This document shows, piece after piece, positions 28,334 to 39,130 of a stretch of DNA of 64,000 nucleotides; positions within the stretch are counted from its first letter, which is position 1, and each line of letters starts with the position of its first letter. Under the pieces are notes generated by a model. The model had not been told where the DNA came from. It worked only from the letters and a program-made list of their open reading frames with translations, and did not search any database. Position numbers and translations under genes: made by a program. This DNA is from Balanoglossus misakiensis (taxonomy: Eukaryota > Animalia > Hemichordata): the NCBI GenBank assembly GCA_040954595.2, contig CM082596.2, positions 904,736 to 968,735 on the forward strand, read 5' to 3'.

Positions 28334-28395
28334 TAGTCTAGAATCCAGACTATTGTGTCGAGCATAGCGAACACACAAGTCTGGATTCTAGGCTA
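28334..28395. mobile_element. 62-bp hairpin MITE-like element
   Basis: Arms TAGTCTAGAATCCAGACT (28334-28351) and AGTCTGGATTCTAGGCTA (28378-28395) pair at 17/18 positions, with TA at both ends. The loop has further partial pairing. Confidence 0.7.
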
Positions 28396-29487
28396 CCCTG
28401 TGCTTTGCATGGGGTGAGATATAAACAATGAAATGTATGGCAAACGCCCCAGAACATGTGTCGCGGTGCACTGCCATGATTTATGGGATGAAAAGGACAA
28501 ATAAAATACTGAATGTGACACACAACACATTCATCAATTTTGCTAACAGCATGATGTAGAAAGTATCTGATTAATTTCACTCTATTTTAGCATTATTAAA
28601 AAAAAACATTATTAGAAACTAAAAAAGAAAAAAGAACAGATTCAAAAGAAGTGGTCAGTCACTTTACTTTCGATAAAATTGTCTGTCAGTTCCATTAATG
28701 CATTATACACTGCAACAGGTTTTGACAAATGAAATTCTGAGTTTGATTTTAGGCTTACCAGAGAAATTGTTCAGGTTTTGCATTCAGGTGTTTTGCACAC
28801 AGCAAATGATCAAAAACTCACTTTTATCAGAAAAGTCATATTTCACGAAAAAATGACCAACATCTGATACCTGAGGCAAAAACGCACTGACAAAGTCCCC
28901 TGAGAAACCAAAGCAGCATCATATCATTTACAGTATGCAAATTACAGAAGCAAAAAGCAAAGCTGATATGAATGTAAAACTAATGTACATGTTTAATTGA
29001 CAATAAACGGGTTACAAAGAATTTCCCTTTAAGCTATCTACTGAGTAACTCCGAAATGTAAATAACAGAGCGTATACTCTCGCGCAATACACTTTGATTT
29101 CTTGTCTTATAATGGTAATCATTTGATAGAGAATGTAATTTTCTCATTACAAGTAATTACGTTCTCTATCCTGCATATTGGTATCATCGCATGATGGTAA
29201 TAAGAAGTCAATCTCAACAGTTACAAAACGTAAATTGGTGTTATGTCATATTGGCCATTAAAATACCAGAATGATTTATCAAGGTTAACTTGGATGTTCA
29301 CGTTCACATTGAACGGAAACAGACTTAGGATTGACGATAATAGCTGTCACGGGTAAACATAAAATATTAAAGCTATAGGAGTATGCCGCTCTATATCTAT
29401 CAATGTGAAAGGTTGGGAAATCATGCATACTACGCTTTTCCCATCACTGTTTTTGAACAAAAAGTGTCAAATGAAGTGTGAACATAC

Positions 29488-29569
29488 CGATCATGTAGCT
29501 ATAGCCATCAATGTTAAAGGTAGCACTCTTGCACTTCTTAAATTTGGGGAAATCTTTCCGTGTTGCCAT
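29488..29569 (-). CDS. PDE1: PDE1 N-terminal coding exon (KKCxSATFxIDG motif)
   Basis: Strong Kozak context gccATGG. Translates MATRKDFPKFKKCKSATFNIDGYSYMI plus G|GTATGT donor (82 nt, phase 1). Resembles the PDE1C long-isoform start MTDAGNRKEGFKKCRSATFSIDGYSFTIV (recalled). A possible acceptor ccttaactttgctatgtcag| at 29583/29582 would extend it 13 nt 5'. Confidence 0.9.
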
Positions 29570-32162
29570 GGCGAATAAAATCCTGACATAGCAAAGTTAA
29601 GGCAACTCTTGGCGAGAAACAGAACACTCCAGGATATCAGTCACATAGTCCACTAGTATACACTTCATGTGTGTGCGCTAAAGTGATGAGACAACGAGTG
29701 AGCGTGAAAACCCGGGGAGTAATAATACCGCCTACTTATGTTGTGTTTATACACCATGACCACTTCACTGATCAGGCAAGCAGTGTAATCCTACACCTTT
29801 CCGAACTGGACGAATCTCTGGAACTACTTTTACCGATATTGTCATTCAATTCAACCTCCTTACTGATTAGTATTAACGCATGGGTTCTTCCATTTAAGCT
29901 CTCTAGGGAAGTTAAAACATTGAAATGAGGGACAGGACGTCTGCGTCTGATATTACCTGTTGAGGTACCGCTCAGATGCAAATTTCGTTATTTTTGAACA
30001 ACATAAATCATGACAAAAATATCTCTTTAATCTTACCCAAAGTTTCAAATATTGATCAAAAAGGGATAAAGCTGATTCTCTTTTCATATTATCATCACCT
30101 ACGTATTTTATCTTTTCAGTTGGAGATTAAAAAACCCTGAGATTTCAAAATGCTAAAGCTACCCATGCATGGCAATTGAATTGACAAATCTGTATGGAGT
30201 TTAATCTTATCGTTGTGAACTTCAGATTGAAACAGATATTTCATGAAATTGCCTGATGAAAATTTACCTGATGCCATGAAATTTTAAAGAGACATGGTAG
30301 CTAGATATGTGATAGTGAAAATTTCACAAAAAATCAAATGCGTCAATGATGTATAGTGATAATCTATGATTTGTTGTTTGTTATCCATTATATATATTTA
30401 AATTAAGAAATCACCATGTTTAATCTTTATATGATAATGTGTTTCTATTTTGACATCACAGAGACAATGAATTTTAAATTCTTCAATAATCTGTTTTAAA
30501 AATAACAACATCAAAGTATGTCACACTTTAATGCATAAAATCTGAATCAGGCTTCATAGGTGATAAATTTCATGAAGCATTTCTGGGTTGCAGCTCTCAA
30601 ACAATACATACTTTAATATTCAGACAGATATATCTAATGTGACCTATTGGCACAGAATTGCAGTTTATACAACCAACATCGACAACCAGCTGATTTATTG
30701 ATTGTTATATAATCTGTCCAAATATAGGTGTCATCAAGTACAAGTGTTTGTTTACTCAGACTTAATCATGTAATGTAAGTTTGGTGACAACAGATCACCT
30801 GGACTCTAAACTCAGATGTATCTCACCATCAAAAAAGTCTAACTGGAATCAGAAATTTCAAATTCTGAGAATTTTCTTTTCACAACATATGGCATATGCT
30901 ATTTTTAATATAATGTAAGTATTCTATTTTTAATGAATAATGATGAAGTGTTAATGAATGTTTTCCTTTTAAATTAAAAGTACTCTGTATTTGATGAAAA
31001 TATGGTATGCCACTGAAATGGGTCTCTATCAAGTGCCTGACTCTTTTTCTCTCTGTTGACAACATATACTGCACCAGCTGATAACACAGCTATTCATCAA
31101 CTAACGGCAAATCCTGTACTGCATGTAATTGTATCAAATCAGTTGGAAACTTTGGAGGCGGCTAATAAAATAAAAATCTGAAAGTCCGATGGTGCATTTA
31201 ACAGTGATCTATTTTCACTGGATGTAGATGGATTTAATTTCACTGTTGACCGCAGACACGGCCTTATCTGGTGAGGGATGATTTTAATTATTCACAACCT
31301 GACGTTTTTACTCGCTGTACAAAATTCAAATGAGGCAGTGTAAGAATTCACTTCCTACTAACTGTGAAAATTAACAACTATCTGTTTTAACAACATGGTA
31401 GTATTAGGATAGTATTCCTACAAGTGTATTTGTCATCCACTCATCATATCCTAAAAACTTCAATCTAAAAGTACCCCTCAAGCTTATGAATATATTCTTC
31501 CCTAAGGCCTTTTAACCCACTGTCTTTACCCCTTAACCATTCAGCTACGCAAATGACTAAAAACGTAGCACTATTTCAATAAAAAGAAAAAGGGAGGGAG
31601 GCCCAAGAAATATGTGTAGTTGGCACCTGGTTAAGACAATTGATTTTGAACACTAACTTCTGATTCATGAATCTATAATCACAACCCCAGCCCCTGCCGT
31701 TACAATGCATCACATACAAACACAATACTGATATTTCTGCAAGATATAAATAAAACTAATCTATCCCTGGAAGATCATTGAAAGCTGTTTCCTGCTAGCT
31801 ATGTCCAGCACTCAACAGGTGCTAAGATAGCTGAGTTTCAACAGTCAATTCTACAGCTCATCTGATCTCTAACTTTACCATGGTAAACAAATACAGAGAT
31901 GCAACACAGGCAATCACTATTAAAGTATGTCAAAATTTCATTAAGTGTGAGCAAACAAATCTTTATTGATATTCAGTATATTATTAAAGCGACCCATCAG
32001 TCAATAATGAAAACTAACTTTGCTGTCAACAGCTCAAATTAAATTTTTACTGTAAACGTGGTAAAACATACTTGAGAAACATTTAGTTGATATTAACCTG
32101 CATGTTTTAAATATTATGATATACATTCTCTTGTTGCTAAACTTGGCTCACTTGGTATAACA

Positions 32163-32178
32163 CCACTAGATGGCGCTG
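32163..32178 (+). promoter_or_regulatory. CTCF-like motif
   Basis: CCACTAGATGGCGCTG closely matches the CTCF core CCASYAGRKGGCRS. Confidence 0.5.
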
Positions 32179-35100
32179 TTCATCGTCAATTGTCAAGAAA
32201 ATGCACCATGAACATAATCTAGAAAATAATATCTCGGTTAAATTAGTAGAAAAGACTTATTTTCTTAAACTATATTAAAATCCACAAGACTTTTTTCCTT
32301 CTTATGGGGCTTCACAATTATTGCTGCATGTTAGAGTAATTTAAAAATATAAATGTGTTGAAACAGGTTGTTATGCAACTCCCATCTCTATTAAAAACAG
32401 CATTATCTGAGGTTAATGATTTAAAAAAGTAGAGTGGCTACTGAAATAAAATGTGAAGAACTCTCCAGAATTGACATGGAATGGTGACCAAAGTATTAAA
32501 TCACTTCTCTGAAAGACATCGAGATAACTTCTGCAAAATAGCTAGCGGTCTTTTTTTGATAATGTCTGATGCCTGGGTGGATATTAAAGATGAATTATTA
32601 AAAATAAATAATTCATCACTTATGTCATGTCAGAAAGGAGCCACTGAAATGAAATAATATGTAATCCAAATGAGTTGCACGTTCAGCTGCACTCAACACT
32701 AGCATAAGTAGAAACAAGTTTAATGTGTAAGGACAAACTAATGCCACAGAGGTTATACTGGGTAATCAAAGATTTGTATCTAATTTCATACAGCTCTGTT
32801 GAAATATTGTATTTCCCATGATACAGTCCATGTAATTACGTTACCACATTATCTCTGCTATTGATACTAATTCCCATGGCTGAGAGTTCTTGGCCCACTC
32901 TTAGGTTGATATCTTGATAAGAACCGAAAACAACTTTGCCTTCAAAGGAAGCTGATCCGAAGAACCACAAAATACGGTAAAACCTGTCTACTTAGCTATT
33001 CATGGCTACAGAAATATTTTACATTTGAACTTTTCAAAAATTAACTCTTGTAAGAGTAGAAAGCTCACTGAATTAATCAACAGCATCACATACAAATCAA
33101 ATCTGACCACGGGGGGCATCATTTGGCTTAGAAATTAGGGTCAGTCATAAAAAAAAAATTCTAAGTCTAGCCAAAAATCAGGTTTGTTTGGACTGTTAAA
33201 AACCGAGAACAAAATAGACCTCCCTAATGGATTGTAATCAACAGTTTCAAGGCAGCTTTCCATTTGCCTGGTACATGTGATTCAGCCACAATGCAATGTC
33301 CATTTGAGAGATGATATCACCTCATGAATATGTTATTTAGATAACACACTATTGAGATGTTTTTGAATGCAAGACGAAAACTGCTCATGCATATTAGTTG
33401 CGATAAAGTCACAAAGTCTATTTGAAAAGCCAAGACTTCTCCATGATAATATTCTCTGACAAAACATCATCAAAGCCTGCCCCAAAATCTGACTGACTAC
33501 TACAAGCTTTTTGATAAAAAATAATCACAAATCTGTACAACTACAAAGTCATACATGGGAGCCATGGAGTACTCGACAAAAGCCAACACAGACATTTTAC
33601 GATCTCTTTCTCTGAAGTAATAGACACATCACTCAATTCCCCAGAGTCGGTGAATTTCCAACTCAGAGTCTGTCAACAGGTATGCCCTGCATTTCAATCA
33701 AGCCATCCACTTTTATGACATCATGTCCTTGAAATAAGCAGAAGAATGTGAGAGAGCTGATGATCAGCGTAGGCGAAAAGGTAAACAAAGAGAGGCAAAG
33801 ATAAGCTTGTTGAAATGTCTATGACGTTGAAATGTCTGCGTGTATTAAACAGATATAATGTAAGAAATGCCTTCCTCAATGCAAAGTACTGTCTGCAACA
33901 TAATCAGGACATCCCTAGGTAGTAGGACCTCTACATTTCGAAGCAATCTCATATAAAGTGGATTCAGAGAATTATGAAACATAATGATGAAATCTCTAGT
34001 ACATGAACTCAATAAGTAAACTTAGTTCCTAGTTCCTTTAAGGCATCTAGTTAGATCCTGGTTAAGCGAGAATGCCTATTAGGTAAATAAGTGGATCAGG
34101 AACAATGGAAGGAAAGGTGTCACAGTGTTTTACATTAGGGGAAAATCTGCAATTACAATTTAGTCCTTAAATGGCTTTGCAAACTAATAGAGCTGTGATC
34201 CAATTGATGAGCATGCATTCCTGTTAAATTCCCAATGTAACACAAAGTACCTCAACAGAATGTGCTGATGATACCAATAGACATCTGTGTTTTATCCGAT
34301 ACATCTTAATGGTAATGTAACCCTCCTTTGGGTGCATTAGTATGCAGAATACAACTCTGAGCAAACTTACTGGAAAAAAGTCTGTATTATATCATCAACA
34401 AGAGCTTGATCCCCCAAACAGTTATTTCACAGATCTCATAAGTGAAAATCTACAGCAAAACATCAAAGTTATGATGTCAATAATATGATTATCATACATC
34501 ACACTTTGCTTTTGAGACATTGCCTACAGGTATTTTCACAGCCTGATAAGAACGCATTTTACAACAAACAATATGGATCATGGTACAAGTAATTTCCTAC
34601 GGACATTCAACACAATCAATTCTGACACCCCATGCTGTTGCATCATGGGTATTCAATTAAATCCGTGGAGATGGATGACAGTGTTTACAAAGAACCCTGA
34701 TGACATCATCACGTCATAGTTAAATAGAGCCAGCACCTCTATTCTGCATCCAATGACAAATAATCCTTTCAACATCAAAGTGACATCTACCTTTAAAGTG
34801 CCTTAAATCCGAATTTCATCATACCCATCGGAGATGTCCATGTGCATTGATGTCTGACAGCACTCGCGATCTGTCACAGTCTTTCAACAATCACATTAGA
34901 CTTTGATTAACTTTTCAATAATTAAAACCAACACATACATGTACAATGTAGTTGTCAGTAGAAACATCAAGTAAGTGCAGTGTATTATTTCCTAATTTCT
35001 CACTAAAGAGAAGTACATGTAAAAACTAGTGAGCGAAGGATATCCATTTATTTGTTTACAACCATGCAAATATAAATAATTATTTAATCGAATCCCTCTT

Positions 35101-37954
35101 TTTCTCTACCTTCGAAATACCCCACTTCAGGCAAATTAATTTTTTGCTTTGTTTGCAAACCTTAAAAGTTGACAAGTATTAATTACAAAAAGAAATTTCA
35201 CCGTCTCGCACTTTACAGAGAGATAACAGTGAGAAGGTTTCACTCGCTCATCATTTTCCATTCCCGAACAAATTGCTGCCACAATTTGCTACTCTAAATT
35301 ATGCATTAGCGGTGCAACATCCACCAGGACTTAATGGAAGGGAAATAAATGAGCAGCCGGTGTAATGCAATTTCCACATCAGATGAAATTGGAAGGTTTG
35401 TAGCTCCTTAGAGAGTGTGCCAATGCTTCCCTTGTGCAATGTACAACAAATTGGAAAGTGGCGACCGATGCCTCGTCACTTCACCCTTTCATATTTACAT
35501 GTGAGACGCCCAGAAACACTTGTTAATCAACACCCCTGAGTTACTGACAACTGGTTCAGATTATGACCTCACAGGTGATGGGTGATGAGTGGACGGCCAG
35601 TTGCAATCTGTGCAGTGGATTTGGAAGAGGTTTCTTAAGGAGTCCATGATGTCACCATAGTTACTGAACTCTTAAAAGTGAACTTGTCCCTTAAGGACAA
35701 GTAAAAGGAAAGACTAAGATCTGTGAAGCTTACTCAAGAAGGAAACTGAGATCTACAAACGTCACTAAACATCAAATCCATCACGCTAATATCTCCAGTG
35801 GGTATGGGCACATCACAAAGTAGACAGATTTGACTTGAAATATTCATATTCTGTGTCTGAAGATTATCAAGTTCATGTCCAGTCAACCAACACGATCTAT
35901 AGAACAAAATACAAAATTTATGGTCGTCTTTTTAATTTGTCCGCCGGGAAAACTGACATCTTTTGTAGCTCGATCCGGCACGCAGGCAAATCATTTCAGT
36001 GGAAACGAACATCTCATAAATCACATTCAGTTGCAAGCCGAGGCAATCAGCATGATATAGCAATTTGACAACCCTGCAAAACACAACCTGAATCACCAAT
36101 TATCTGCGGTGTCATCCTCTGAGCACAGTAAATTGACACGCTGAACGAAAACGACAATGTTTCTAGGTGTCTGCAGACAAAAATGTCAGAGTTCCCTACT
36201 GAAAATTCATGTACATGGTGTGATTATAGCCATACAAACATAATCTTATATCATAAATATGTTCACATATTCATAAATATATCTATACTCATTTATGCAC
36301 ATAGTTTTAATGCATTTGTCCTTTTCAATTCTGGGTGTCTCCATCCCTATTAACGTTGCAAGTAGCGAACTAGCTGTTCTTATTCTGTGATTGAACTCGA
36401 CTGCTGATCATGGTATGAGCATTCACTATTCCTCCCCATTTTCAATTAAGATCTTCAAGATCAGAAGAAACACGAGCATTAGAAGGAAATTACAAGAGCA
36501 AAATCGTTCATCCTTTCATTACGTGTGTAAGAGAAAAATGATGGTAATCGGACTTTGTCATCAATGCGACAATAGAATGGATTCCTTCCTGACACAGGAA
36601 CTGACAATCCCGATAGAGAAGAAGACATTCTGTAAAACATCTGGCGCACACTTTTATAGCAAGACTTGTTTTCATTGCAGGATGCATATACAGTGACTGG
36701 CCTGAGGCAAATGAAATTAAGGTGACCGATGCAAGTTGGCCATACCAGTATTTCTTATCAATGATAACATGGGCACTCCTCCCATGATCCCATTTTCAGA
36801 AAAGGCATTATTTGGACTTCATCCAAAACTACACGGAAAATGAGTTTTGGGCTAAAATCTCTACTTTTGGGTGAAAGCTAATGTTGTTCTCATTATCTCA
36901 TTCAAAACTAGAACTGCTTTGATTTGTGTTAGGCCTACTTCTTGAGTGACAGTGCTTGAGAATTGAAGTTTGAAAAACCGAGGATTGATGTTTACAAACT
37001 CAATCAAAATCACAGCAATTAAAAGACAAATTCAATTGACATTTGCATGTTACTTTTGCTGCTTATAATGAATACCTCATTGATTTGGTAAAATAGGAGT
37101 TAATGTTATAACTACATAGAATTGCAAGTTGCATTTGGGGTTTGTCTGTCTGTCTTATTAGATATAATTTGAACAATACAGAACCTAGTTAAAGATTATA
37201 AAAACAAGTCTTTTTATAGTGATCATATTAAGAATTAACACAATAACTGAAGGAAATCACAGTGGAATGAAATCAGTCGAGACATGTCTGAAAAATTAAG
37301 TGGCTCTGACAATGTTATTAACTAAGTATTAGTCTGGACAGATGACAATACAAACATCATGATGCTTAACTCAGAAACCCTTTTAGAGCCTCAACAAAAC
37401 TTTCTTGAACAAAAAAGTTTATAATGGTTTGTCTCCCTGAACACTATGGCTTGTAATTATTGGACGCTTTGAGCTTTATGTTACGACTGGTTAAAACGCG
37501 GTCATTATGGAATATTTCAGCTTAGAAAACCGTGACGCGGGGTGGTTTACATATTCTTTGAAACGTACGTAGCATGAACAGAAGGTCGAATTAAATGTCA
37601 CAGCATTTATGAATTTTGCCCAACATTCACATCTGCCCCAGGATATATCGCTCACACTAATTGCACATACACACAATATGCGATATTTCCTCCATCTCAT
37701 TTGTCAAAGTTGCTTTGACTTACCTTTTGTACGTGGCATTATTGAGTCTTACCTTTATTGCCGATGCAGCAATTAATCCACCATCGCATTATTTCTTCCA
37801 ACAATCATTCTATTATCTATCTTACACTCACATGACAGATACAAATAAAACATCCATCCTCTAATGGCTCTTTTCATACATCCAAACTTCACACACAACC
37901 ACTCTACAGCGCAAACCTTGCAACCATTAAAATCATCACCAGAGCCCTACTCAC

Positions 37955-37991
37955 GTGTCTGTAACTTTCGATAAACTTAATTTGTCTTTAC
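37955..37991 (-). CDS. PDE1: Candidate upstream PDE1 37-nt exon (coding or 5'UTR)
   Basis: Strong acceptor gttatttttctctgctttattttcag| and donor CAC|GTGAGT. Only one frame is open: phase 1 to 2, (G)KDKLSLSKVTD(T). That frame fits the 29582 acceptor (AC|G ATT TTA TTC GCC ATG). No homology evidence. Confidence 0.5.
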
Positions 37992-38189
37992 CTGAAAATA
38001 AAGCAGAGAAAAATAACACAGAATAAGTCAAGAGTGCTCAAACAATGGGTAAGTTCACAGAGTATTATAATAACATAATTCATATTTTATAATCAAATGA
38101 CAAAAGTGAATTTTCAAACTTCTGGATTGAACTGATTATTATAAATAATGGCAAAATAAAGAAGAGTGTATTAAATCATATCATGTGTA

Positions 38190-39130
38190 CCGTATATTCT
38201 CACAAATAAGCGCCACCCTTGATTAGGCGCCATTGATACCTGACTTTGCTACTTTTTACTTAAAAATAAGCGCCAGGATTTTTTTTTTTTTTTTTTTTGA
38301 GGTGTGTGGACGTATGTGAATCATGGCAAGTACTACCGAGATAACACCTGTTTAGGGGTCTTGTCAAAATCAACGGGGGCTTGCTGCGTGAATAATAATT
38401 GACCTGAGCAGACAATGCATGCTTTGGGATGATGTGCTATTTATTTACAAGATGAAATCGGGCACATGTCAACCTCCTAATTTATGTAAATTATTATTCA
38501 CTGCAAAAGACACAGGTGCTGGGCGTCTAGACACTCGTCTTTTTCCTGTCGATCGATCGGCAGCCGCTTACGTTACCGGCACTACCACCCAAGTTTGACC
38601 ATATGGCCAGGGCTTTGAAATAATAGGACTAGTTTCAAGTTGTGAATGTTTGCGGTATTAATTTTCTCATGAATATTCACGCAACCTGAGTATTCACGAA
38701 ACCTCGCCTGACCTTACACATGTGGGAGCATGACAAAGACGCACTTGGACTAAACCACTATACGTCAGTAGATTTTGTTGATGGTTCAGCCAGCATACTG
38801 TAATGCTGCTCGTAGTATTCACTTCGTTGACAACTTTTTATTTCTGGAATATTTATTAGACAATACATTGAACTGACTGTATTTGAATAGAAAATGTTAA
38901 AACTTTACGTATGAATTTGAAACAGCCATTCATTCACTGCGGACACCCCCTTACGAGAACAGAGATTGGAACGTCCCAAATTATTTGCATATGAATCAAC
39001 AGGGTACAATATACAGGGCGACCCATGAATAAGCGCCACCGGTTCTTGAAAGACTCATTTCTGCCTTTGTTTAGGCGCCACCAAAATTTGAAATGGTTAA
39101 AAAGTGGCGCTTATTTGTGAGAATATACGG
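38190..39130. mobile_element. Non-autonomous Tc1/mariner-superfamily (Tc2/pogo-like) MITE, 941 bp
   Basis: Perfect 27-bp TIRs CCGTATATTCTCACAAATAAGCGCCAC (38190-38216) and its reverse complement (39104-39130). TA target-site duplication at 38188-89 and 39131-32. Subterminal TARGCGCCA repeats near both ends; no transposase ORF. Confidence 0.92.

Larger units (their letters stand above)
4851..29487 (-). other. PDE1: ~24.6-kb PDE1 intron (may contain alternative first exons)
   Basis: Bounded by the GTATGT donor at 29487 and the CAG acceptor at 4851; exon phases on both sides are compatible. Confidence 0.8.

Noticed and set aside
28759-28783. MQNLNNFS G|GTAAGC phase-1 candidate first exon
   Set aside because: Poor Kozak context and no supporting motifs; such patterns arise by chance in 64 kb.
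29583-29605. U12-like branch point CCTTAAC before the 29582 acceptor
   Set aside because: No exon-associated RTATCCTT donor could be tied to it; it also works as an ordinary U2 branch site.
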